From assembly GCA_002269645.1 (NCBI GenBank), contig NIVC01005203.1, positions 1 to 21,582 of the forward strand: DNA of 21,582 nt, read 5' to 3'. Positions 9,371-18,512 of the stretch are shown here, in pieces. The translations under genes were made by a program, and so were the position numbers. Position 1 is the first letter of the stretch, and every line of letters starts with the position of its first letter. Origin of the DNA: Macrostomum lignano. Its lineage: Eukaryota. The notes below the pieces were generated by a model, which ran no database searches, was not told the DNA's origin, and saw only the letters and a program-made list of their open reading frames with translations.

Positions 9371-9883
9371 ATGGATGCAATTCAACTACTTAATCTCGCC
9401 AGAAAATTTTTGCCTTACCAAAAATTTCTCATAGTTACTTTACATTTGCGCTATAAAAATTCTCTGCCCTTGAATGTAAAAAGAAAATTTAGATCATCAA
9501 TTTCCTTTGAAAACAAGTTTGTTTTTGTCCTACTTCAGCACAATGGCTCATTTGGTCACTGGGTGGTGTGCTATGTTGGGCAAGGAAATCGCATTGAGTT
9601 GTTCAACTCCCTCGGCTGGGAACCTGAAATTTTATCTTTGGTTTATAATTTGTTTCGAGAGATTAAAACAACTGGCTTTTGGCTCCGAAGCAATATAAAC
9701 AGAGTTCAATGTGCTAACTCTAATAAATGCGGAATGTTTTGCATCTATTTTGCTTATCAAAAGTTTCTGTTCAATCGGTCATTTGAGGGGATTTTGAAGC
9801 ATTTGCATGCTAATGAGAAAAATCATTTGAATGATAGAATCTTACAGAGGTTTGAAGCCAACTTAAGAAAAAGATGTCCGTGA
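9371..9883 (+). CDS. PRO: Adenain-like capsid maturation cysteine protease (170 aa)
   Basis: GHW (His), FNSLG (Asn at the usual Asp position), RVQ (oxyanion Gln) and KCG (Cys), immediately after MCP. Confidence 0.88.
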   Translation: MDAIQLLNLARKFLPYQKFLIVTLHLRYKNSLPLNVKRKFRSSISFENKFVFVLLQHNGSFGHWVVCYVGQGNRIELFNSLGWEPEILSLVYNLFREIKTTGFWLRSNINRVQCANSNKCGMFCIYFAYQKFLFNRSFEGILKHLHANEKNHLNDRILQRFEANLRKRCP

Positions 9884-10553
9884 TTTCTAATATTTATGCA
9901 TTAAACATGGGAGAAAAGCAAGTTTGCTACGATATCCGCCTCAGGCAGGGAAGCTGCATGATTGTCTGCGGGCCCACCAATGCAGGAAAAACAACCTTTG
10001 TCGAACACCTGATCCAGTACAGAGACGTCATGTTTGATGTGAAGCCTGGCAGAGTTCTGTGGTACTATGGGATCTCACAGGCAGGCCATGCAGAACTGAA
10101 CAGCCTAGGTGTGCAGCTGCGCCAGGGATTTCCCACCAACATCGAGGCAGCACTTAGGCCCAATGACCTGGTTGTTTTCGATGACTTAATAGAGGAAACT
10201 TCAAACTCTGCTTCAATGCGAAATTTTTTCACAGGAATCGCACATCACTTGCCGTGCTTTTTGGTGATGCTGACTCAGAATATATTTTTCAAGGGAAAAG
10301 AGTCGCGAACAATGAGCTTGAATGTAATGTACTTAGCTATCTTGAAAAACCCCGAGACCAGCTGCAGATTGCAGCACTGGGCAGGCAGTGCTTTACAGAG
10401 AAGCCCGGCTTTCTGCTGTCAGTGTTCAAGCACGTGACCGCGCAGGGCAGGGGAGCCTACCTGTTCCTAGACTTTCACCCATCAACTCCCGATGAGCTGC
10501 GAGTGCGGGCCAGAATTCTGCCCAACCAGCGACCCCATCTTGTATTTGCTTAA
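9874..10553 (+). CDS. A32/FtsK-like genome packaging ATPase, split by a -1 frameshift at C4 10350-10353
   Basis: Walker A GPTNAGKT, Walker B LVVFDD, and IAHH...LTQN. The conserved KNPRDxxQ motif is split between ORF 9874-10437 (…LKNP) and ORF 10254-10553 (RDQLQIAALGRQ…YLFLDF…RVRARILP). Confidence 0.92.
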
Positions 10554-10594
10554 GAAAGTGAAGCTTGTTTTTATCAGCTATTGTTTTCATCGCA

Positions 10595-10933
10595 ATGGAA
10601 GTGCTTGATTCATATGCAAGTCTTTTTGCGGTTCTTGCGTCACCTAAATATACCGTGCGCTTCAAGCGGCTGTTGATAAAAAATTGTCCAAAAGAAGTGC
10701 GTTATTTTCTTGTCGAGGCCTGCCATAATCTCTTACAAAACAATCTATCGTTTTCGCTCGATGAAAAAGCTGTTCTTGCAAAGTCAAAAGAGATAATTCG
10801 AAAAATTACTCACAAAAGAAGAAAGACAGACTTGTTGAAGGCTGGCTTCATCAAAATACTCCCGATTCTGCTTAAGCTGGTAAAGAAGAAGAAGCAAAAT
10901 GAACAAATTTTCAGAAATGGTTCTGATTCCTAA
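10595..10933 (+). CDS. Small basic conserved Polinton/adintovirus protein (112 aa from first ATG)
   Basis: KRLLIKNCPKEVRYFLVEACHNLLQNNL...EKAVLAKSKEIIRKI resembles the recurrent Polinton family pattern LIxxxxxxxxxxIxExxxNxLxGNxxL. The ORF track starts at TTG 10565. Confidence 0.65.
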   Translation: MEVLDSYASLFAVLASPKYTVRFKRLLIKNCPKEVRYFLVEACHNLLQNNLSFSLDEKAVLAKSKEIIRKITHKRRKTDLLKAGFIKILPILLKLVKKKKQNEQIFRNGSDS

Positions 10934-11591
10934 AGCAGAGTATGAGATGTTGATGCAGAATTTGAAGCCAAATGAGACTACCACTGAAGCTGACTTGAAG
11001 CAGGCTCAGAAGAAATGCGATGACATCTTGTATGCCGAGGATTGTCCAGAAGATGTGAAAACCGCCATGTACCAAAGTGCAATGCAAAGTTTGCTGGCCA
11101 AGCGCAAGCACGCTGGAAAAGAAGGAGCACGCAATACTGAAGCCAAGTTGATGAAAACAGAGACACCCCAGATAAGCACCTGGGAAGAGAAGATCAGCAA
11201 GTCGGTGCCACAGAAATTCAAAACCAGGGCTCGCAGTCTGTGGACGATCCTGTCCACCAATCCAGAGCTGATTCGAGTTTGTGAAAACGGGGAGGTGGAA
11301 ATCGCAGGCACGTCAATCCCTTCCTCAAACATACTGGACTTGATTCAGCACACAGTGAGGGATTCGCCATGTGAGCGTGAACCAGTTGGGTGGAACGAGT
11401 TCATCGATTTTCTGCAGCAGAAAAAGCTTAATGTTCCGCTTTCCGCTGTTGGTAAATCAGTTAAGAAGAAAATGGCAACCAGCAGAGGGGGTGAACTGGA
11501 GAAAGAACAGGAGAGTCTAGTCAAGGGGTACGGGAGCAACACAGCCTGGCTGAAATTGCCTGCCAGAAAAGTATATAAGAAGGTGGACTGA
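10899..11591 (+). CDS. Conserved Polinton/adintovirus protein of unknown function (230 aa)
   Basis: MVLIP N-terminus and the block VPQKFKTRARSL...ENGEVEIAG..IPSSNILDLI...PVGWNEFIDFL...NVPLSAVG are characteristic of a widespread Polinton family. Confidence 0.72.
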   Translation: MNKFSEMVLIPKAEYEMLMQNLKPNETTTEADLKQAQKKCDDILYAEDCPEDVKTAMYQSAMQSLLAKRKHAGKEGARNTEAKLMKTETPQISTWEEKISKSVPQKFKTRARSLWTILSTNPELIRVCENGEVEIAGTSIPSSNILDLIQHTVRDSPCEREPVGWNEFIDFLQQKKLNVPLSAVGKSVKKKMATSRGGELEKEQESLVKGYGSNTAWLKLPARKVYKKVD

Positions 11592-11620
11592 CTCCGAAAT
11601 TTTCGAAGGAAAGCTGCATC

Positions 11621-12041
11621 ATGAACTACATTGACTTCCAAGGATTCCGTGCAACAGCACAAGCAAAAAATTTGTTGTGAAGGAGTTGGCAGTTGTTCAA
11701 ATCAGAGCGGGGAGCTACCACATTGCTCACCATGTGTACGCACCTCCGTATCCATGGGAGAGAGTCTCACCTGACATGCGAGTTTACTACAGACAGCTAT
11801 CTAAGAGTCTGCACCAGTTTAAGTGGAATGATGGAACCCGTCCGTACATGGAACTGGCGGAAGACATTCTGAGCATTGCCAGTGGTCCGATCTGGTCAAA
11901 TGGGGAAAGGAAGTCGATTTTTCTGACTGAGCTGCTTGGAAGACAGGTTTATAACCTAGAAGATTTGGGAGCACCCTCGACTGAAGATTCAGATACTGGC
12001 TGTGCAGTGAGAAATTCGTTGCTGCACTACAGTTGGCTTAA
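11621..12041 (+). CDS. Degenerate DEDD exonuclease-like accessory protein (-1 frameshift at A6 11665-11670; 3' end uncertain, frame stays open to 12471)
   Basis: ATG 11621 gives MNYIDFQGFR…, joining KKFVVKELAV…APPYPW…LHQFKWNDG…GERKSIFL…VYNLEDLGAP…CAVRN. This resembles the DxQGF…FxxKELA family seen in Mavericks. Confidence 0.6.
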
Positions 12042-12139
12042 GCCAAAGTTCTGCATCAACTTAAGAAGCGAGCAGTGTCCGTGGCACACGAGCAGTAAAG
12101 TTGGCAGAAGCAGATTTGGTGAAGAAGTTGACGATCGAA

Positions 12140-12712
12140 ATGAGCCCACCAGCTACAGCCCTAAGAGTGACCAATCTGGTTGGCGGAGTAGATCTGAGAC
12201 TGGATGGTGGCAGGGGCGCTCAGCTGCCTCTACGGGAACTGGCTCTCAGCATGGCTCATGTGATCTACCGGCCCGTCTGGCCCCGGGTGCTCATCAAGCG
12301 GATGCGGATTCCCAGAGTGACTCTCCTACTCTACCCTACTGGGCAACTGAGCATCTGCGGTGCCAAGACCCACGCAGACGCCAAAAGGGCTGCCCGTCGC
12401 TTCGTGGCTATGCTGCATCGGAGAGTGCCGGCTCAACTGCTGCCTCATCAAACAATTTGTGTTCGAATTAAAACTATTACTGCTCATGGACAGCTCCCAG
12501 TTCATTCCGCACTTTCCTTATTAATGTTAAAATCAATTATCCCAAACGCCGAATATGAACCAGAATCCTTTTCTGCTTTAATTTTCAATTTAAACTTTTG
12601 TAAATGTCTGCTTTTTCACAGCGGCTCTTTTGTTCTCAGTGGAGCTCGGTCCTTGAATCAGTTGCATACCGATAGCATGCGTCTACTCAATGTAGTTCTT
12701 TCCATTGAATAA
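12140..12712 (+). CDS. TBP: Divergent TATA-box-binding protein (TBP)-like protein with both repeats (first ATG 12140; frame open from 12065)
   Basis: Repeat 1: VTNLV...IYRPVWPRVLIKRMRIPRVTLLLYPTGQLSICGAKTHADAKRAARRF. Repeat 2: AEYEPESFSALIF...CLLFHSGSFVLSGARS. These align with canonical TBP NIV...[37 protein letters not shown]...AARKY and SYEPELFPGLIY...LLIFVSGKVVLTGAK. Confidence 0.9.
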   Translation: MSPPATALRVTNLVGGVDLRLDGGRGAQLPLRELALSMAHVIYRPVWPRVLIKRMRIPRVTLLLYPTGQLSICGAKTHADAKRAARRFVAMLHRRVPAQLLPHQTICVRIKTITAHGQLPVHSALSLLMLKSIIPNAEYEPESFSALIFNLNFCKCLLFHSGSFVLSGARSLNQLHTDSMRLLNVVLSIE

Positions 12713-12719
12713 AAATAAA
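12708..12719 (+). terminator. Tandem polyadenylation signals AATAAA-AATAAA overlapping the TBP stop
   Basis: AATAAA at 12708-12713 and 12714-12719, at the end of the + strand gene block. Confidence 0.55.
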
Positions 12720-13291
12720 GTCAAGTCAAGCAATTTGCCGCAAATATTTCAATGATTAGTGAAAAGTGAATAAAAGGATAAACTTGTATTCTTTACATTC
12801 ATTTTCCCAGGCAGACAGCTATGGAACACTTCAAAAACGTATTTAGCCCATCACCAAAAGTATCGCAAAACGCATATCAAATCCGAAAGTAAACAATACT
12901 ACCATCGTTATAACAAACGATGTGCACCGAGAGAAGAGAAATAGAAAAGTGATAGAGAAAATATGATTAAAACGCTGATTGAATTTACAGGAACAATTTA
13001 TGTCAGATAAAAACCAAAAACACATTTTAAACAAGTAGTACACAAAGCAAACAAAAATGAATTAATATTGTATGAGCGCACTTGCCACAGCTTTATAAAA
13101 AGTAAAACTTAAATTGATATCAATATTTCACGCCGCAAAAACAAATTGACAGCTAAATCTAGCGCAATTAGCCAAGCATACAAATTTGTAAAAGTTACTA
13201 CATGCAAGTCACTACATTTAAAACAGAATTTGGCAATTTAAACAACTCTAAAAGCAAGAAAAAGTACTAAACAGTCTGTTAAACACCCGCA

Positions 13292-16200
13292 CTAGACCAG
13301 TCGGATGCGCTTCAGCTGATCGTGGGATGCGGGCGTCAGCGCATAGTGTCCGTAGGGCAGGCTTCGATTACTGCTAAGCCACACTCGCTTATCCTCCCAC
13401 ACCGATAGGCTTCTTTTCTCCATGACCGACGTGAAGATTTCGTGTTTCTTGGAAACAATCGCTGTCATGGCAACCATCTGCTCTTGCTTGGACTCGAACG
13501 CGTCGACATAGTTCGCATGCGAAATTTGCTGTCTTACTACTGACTGCTTCACGCCTTTGGCAGTTTTCTTGATCTTTGCACTCGAATTCTCGGCAGGGAG
13601 AAACGAATAAAGTTTTGGACGCAAAAGAATCCACTCCTGGTAAATTCCACCAGCAGATTCATCTTTAACGCAGCCCAGCTTTCCTTTTAACTCTTCAGAG
13701 AAATGCGGATGGTCTCGAGAATAGTTGGATGTGTCAAGTATTTTTTCCTCTCTAAGCTTCGGGATTACCTCCGATGTTAAATCATGATTCTTGAAAGCTA
13801 GAAAAAATGAGTCAGTATCACCTCCGCAAAGCATCATGTCTCTGGAACCGTCTGAATGACAGAACAGCGGTCGGAGCCTGTCATATAGTAGGCTGTACAT
13901 GGCCATCTTAGAGAGATCGAGAACTGCCTGGCCAACGAAAATGGCCTTGTCAAGCGTGACTTTATCTTTTTTGAGCTGAAAAATGCTCAACGACTCATTG
14001 ATAATCGAGAATGCGGCACAGTTTGGTCGAGAGGCGCAAGTTTCTGCTTGAGTCTGGTTAGTGCAAATTCGAACATCGCATCTTTTTCGAACGTTCTCCA
14101 TAGTTTTTCCAAAGAGAGAATTGTTTTTCAATTTGTAAAAATCCTTAGCAAACTCGGAAGTTGCCAAAGCTCTTTTTTCATTGTTGCTGGCAATGTACGG
14201 CGCGAAAATATTTTCCTGCTTGAACGAAATCATTTTTTTGACGCACTTGATCCGCATTCCGTGTTGCAGGTAAAATCTTAAAACGGTGCTGTGAACTACG
14301 TAAGAATCCTTGTCGGTACAGGTGAGTAGAAGCTTCTCCGTTGCTTGAAACTTAGCTTCAGCATTGCCAGTTCGCTGTTCAGCAATCTCTTTCCATAGTT
14401 CGGCCATGTACGGCGAGAATTGATCTGGCTGTGGTTTTGATTTTTCAGGTGCAAACGGTAACTCCTGAGTCGAATCGTGAATCTCAGCTGGGTATTCTAG
14501 ATCGAGTTGAACAAGGTAGGCGATCTCGGCTTCTGGATTGAGTGACAGAAACCGATTGGAGTCCCAGAACTGGATTTCCTGTTCCGGTACCCACCTGAAT
14601 TCCCTGCATGGAAGCGGAAGCGACAGGGCAAAGCCATACAAGTTGTTCATATCGATCGGCATGAGGCTTACACTCTCTTGCTGATCATCATAACCTGGCA
14701 AGCTAGGATTATTACCTTTGACGCAATGCACATTAATGAAGGACATGCCTCCTCGTATTCCCTTCTCAAACAGATGATACATGTCAGCATCAGTCAGCTG
14801 CTCTAGAACCACTCCAGTCGACTTTAGAGCTGAGTCGTAAGACAAACCAGGAGTAGTAAAGTAGTGTACCGGATCCAATCCGTCCTCTTTCAGACTGGCC
14901 TGTCGGAATGTCTCGAAAATGTCAGCCAGCTGCCTTACATCCATTTCAAGATAGGCGAGCATATAATCCTTCAAACTTTTGCATTGAAATGCCGCCCATG
15001 CCGCTCTTGCTCTATTGTAGTCGTCGTCGGAAATTCCCCTATCGGAAAGTCGATTAAAAAAAGCATCTTTAGGCGGCAAAACCGACTGCTCGAGAATCTC
15101 AAATCCTGTGAGGTAATCATATGGGAAAATCCCTTTTTTTCGAAGTAGCTCTCTTGAAAGATGTGGTCTTGACTCAAGCATTTGCATTGTCAGCTTGCAT
15201 TCAGCTTCGGGAAGATTAGCAAACAAATTGGACAAACTTCCCTTCAAAAAGCAGAGCGAGTCGATGAACTGAATTGTAAACATGATTGGCACAACTTTTC
15301 CGTTCTTTACGTAACTTGCAACAGGGAATTCCGCCCTTAGTGACAAGTATCGCTCGGATGATTGCGGAACAACACTAAGTTTCCAATTTTTCATGCTCCC
15401 AAGCGCAGTGGAAAGTAGAAGATGAAGGTCGTAGCCGCCTAAGTTGTGAAAAACCAGGGGCAGAAACCGGCGTCGGAGCTGTGCTCGCAGGTTGCATTCT
15501 TGACATGCACCTTTGTACTGTCCATTTAAATGATCGTGGTCAAAATGTTTATCTGTAGAACTTTTAAAGTTCTTCTTGCAGTAGTGACATACCTCAGCAG
15601 AATTGAAATCATCCATGACGGTCGCGGATGATCGGTCAGCCGGCTGGTGGCTATGCTTCTGGTTCCAGTGAAATATATCCTGAGCCAGGCTTTCAAGAGA
15701 TTTGAGAAAACCAAGGATACACTCATCAGGGTCCGCATTGCAAAAGACCTTGTACATGTCTCCTTCTGGCCTAAGCGGAGGTCCTGTCATGCCTTCACGA
15801 GGCACTGCAAGAAAAGCTGCTGCACATGGTTCATGCTTTGAGATCAGGTTAGCAGGGTCTGTGTTCGCTCGCAAAATGGCTTCCAGGTCGGCATAGGCAA
15901 CGAATGGTGGACTGACAGTGTTTTGACAGTTTCGGAACTTTATTTCATTCTGTCCTGGAACTGGAAGCGTTTCTTTGACAGGATTTTCTGCAGTAATGCT
16001 GCATTCGTTCCTGTGCTCTTGAAGCCTCTCGTTGCTATAAAATGATGTTAAACATTTCGTGCACCACTTCCTCATGGCGGGACCATTACGACTGTTCATT
16101 AACCTGTCAAAATTAGTAATTGCACACCAGTGCTCCGATCCGTAGCTGTCTTTAACTAGCAAAAGCATGAGGTGTCTTCGGTCATCTGACTCATGCTTGC

Positions 16201-16938
16201 GGCGACGGAGAAGAGTCACACTGCCCTGCTGCCAAGAGAACGCAGAAATGCAAATTCCTGGATTGTTAGACTCGACGCGATCGATATCAGCGACACTCAC
16301 TGGCATGGAGATTTCTGCAAAGTCCAGCTCACGCAACCATTCATCGTAAGAGGATATTCTGTTGGGCGATTTCTGAACTTTCGGATCGGCGCTGTGCAGT
16401 GCAGCGAGACAGGCGTACAGGAAACAGTCTTTGCCTGTGCTCGGTGGATTGATAACAGCCTTTTTGTTCTTCAAACTGGCAGGAAGATTGAATCTAACGG
16501 CTCTGCCCTGGCGAAATCGAATTGGATTGTACCTGGCAAGGTTGATGTCTAGAAAATTAATTTGTTTAATTGTCCAGCCACTGCCGTTCGTATTAATCAT
16601 ACTACAGATCCTCTCCAACTCCTGCTCCTGCTCAATCAACCAGTTGTTTAAACGGCCTGCTTCACCACCTAGGTCTAGGGCCTGCATTTTACAGCTTATC
16701 CATCTGTCCTCTTCGGCAAGCATCTCCCCATCTCTTATTCGGACCATTCGAATATTCGCCTTTAGCTGAACTTTGTAATGATGTCTTGAAATTCTTTGCT
16801 GAACTGCCTCAATAATTTTGTCTCCAGCTTGGACAAAAAATTCTGACGGAAGCGTGTCTGGGTGACTCGATCTGAGCCTCAGTATTTCCAGTGATTGATC
16901 ATAGGCTTGGGCAACTCTGCTGAAGCTGACTGTTGAAC
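13292..16938 (-). CDS. pPolB: Protein-primed family B DNA polymerase with vOTU, C2H2-like Zn finger and Endo VII insertion (1151-aa ORF from 16747; frame open to 16951; likely last exon starts at 16938)
   Basis: Exo I YADLEA, Exo II FHNLGGYDLHL, Exo III YLEMDV. Pol motifs DMNNLYG, KLKNNSLFGK, GGDTDS and RPKLY. vOTU DCF…HW; zinc finger CTKC…H…C; Endo VII CHYC…DHDH…CQECN. Confidence 0.96.
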
Positions 16939-17153
16939 CTGGTTTGTGGTTTTAGGATAATATTTTTGTTTTTTGCTGCCAAGATACTAAACTAAACGTC
17001 TGTACCCAAGCATACATGTACAACCCTACCGGTATAAAGTCTTTTATCTCCCCTTCTCCCATTCTTTGGACTAAAATTTTAGACTGCATAATATACATCG
17101 CATTGATAAGAAAATTTTTAAGTAAGTTGAAAAGGATAAATAAAGGCACTTAC
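16939..17153 (-). other. Predicted 215-bp spliceosomal intron upstream of the polymerase exon
   Basis: Donor CAAG|GTAAGT (17154/17153) and acceptor CCAG|GT (16939/16938), AT-rich. Both ends are phase 1, giving CAA G|GT TCA in frame. Confidence 0.6.
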
Positions 17154-17173
17154 CTTGGTGTGCATCAGTCACC

Positions 17174-17365
17174 GACTCGCTGTTGGCTGCTGACTCGCTG
17201 CTGGCTGCTGACTCGCTGCTGGCTGCTGACTCGCTGCTGGCTGCTGACTCGCTGCTGGCTGCTGACTCGCTGCTGGCTGCTGACTCGCTGCTGGCTGCCG
17301 ACTCGCTGCTGGCTGCCGACTCGCTGCTGGCTGCCGACTCGCTGCTGGCTGCTGACTCGCTGCTG
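17174..17365. repeat. 18-bp tandem repeat, about 10.7 copies (SESAAS on the - strand)
   Basis: Unit gactcgctgctggctgct. Confidence 0.93.
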
Positions 17366-17384
17366 ACGTCATGGTCCACCCAAG

Positions 17385-17580
17385 GGTGGTCATACTCGAT
17401 CCACGAGTGGTCATCCTCCATCCACGAGTGGCCATTCTCCATCCATGAGTGGTCATTCTCCATCCATGAGTGGTCATTCTCCATCCATGAGTGGTCATTC
17501 TCCATCCATGAGTGGTCATTCTCCATCCATGATGGTCATCTCATCCATGAGTGGTCATTCTCCTGCTCCATCCAGGAGTG
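17385..17580. repeat. 21-bp tandem repeat, about 8 copies (MENDHSW on the - strand)
   Basis: Unit ccatccatgagtggtcattct; one copy (about 17527-17544) lacks three single bases. Confidence 0.9.
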
Positions 17581-18512
17581 CTCAACCATAGAAAAGGCAA
17601 GCAGTTAAAAGCTGACAGTGTTTACTGGCTGCAACTGAGTGTCATAAGCAACTGGGAGTGAATATTGGAAATCTTTTTCGTAAGTCTTTATTGCTGCAAT
17701 ACTGGTACAATATCCACACTTACAAGCTAGTAGATGCTGGTTATATTTTTTTGGTTCTCCCTTAAGCTAGCTCTCTGCATGCATATTCTATTGATCCCTA
17801 TTCGTAAAAGTTCGTTTCTATTTGCCTCCTACGCAGACTCAATCGGTAAAAAATGCAAAATGAAGCCAATAGTTAATTAACAAACCAATCACCGAGTGGA
17901 AAAATGCTGACATTATATATATATTTTTTAAAAAATTATCGAATTCACATGGTGCAATCATAGTCAATAAACAATGCATGGAACAATGAATTACAAATAC
18001 AGACGAGAGTTTAGAAGCAGAAATATAGCTGAAAAGTTCAATAATTAAAGAATGAGGAAACACCGCGTCAAAGCAGTAGAAAGAAAATTATACCTAATCA
18101 ATCGCACCAAGCATACGAAACCATCACCAATTTATTGAAAGTATGTTATGTTGATTTTAATTTGTTAAATTCAACTGTATAATGTTTCACCTACTTTTCA
18201 AATAATTTTTTTTACCTCGGATACCAAAAAATATTGGTTGCCACTACGAGCTACGAGCTTTTTTTAAAACTAATTTGGAAATGAAAACTGAAAACTTATA
18301 AGCAAGATTCCTAGAAGCGAATACAGAGTTATGAGATGATCAAATCATTAATTAATGTACCTACTTTCAACTTTAAAAAGCTAGTTGAAATAAAGTTTTA
18401 GCAATAATTGCAATAAATGGGTAGATTTCTCACTCCACACAGAAAGCAAAAAAGTACAAAAATTGCTTAGTCACAGCGGCACAATTCTAATACGATTTTC
18501 GAAAATCGTTAC

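Noticed and set aside
10345-10353. Programmed -1 frameshift at A_AAC_CCC in the ATPase
   Set aside because: It formally fits X_XXY_YYZ but with a non-canonical Y=C. The ATPase is a single ORF in known Polintons, and similar one-base losses occur elsewhere in the window.
4860-16769. Many short antisense or alternate-frame ORFs overlapping the core genes
   Set aside because: Shadow ORFs of GC-rich coding sequence without motifs.
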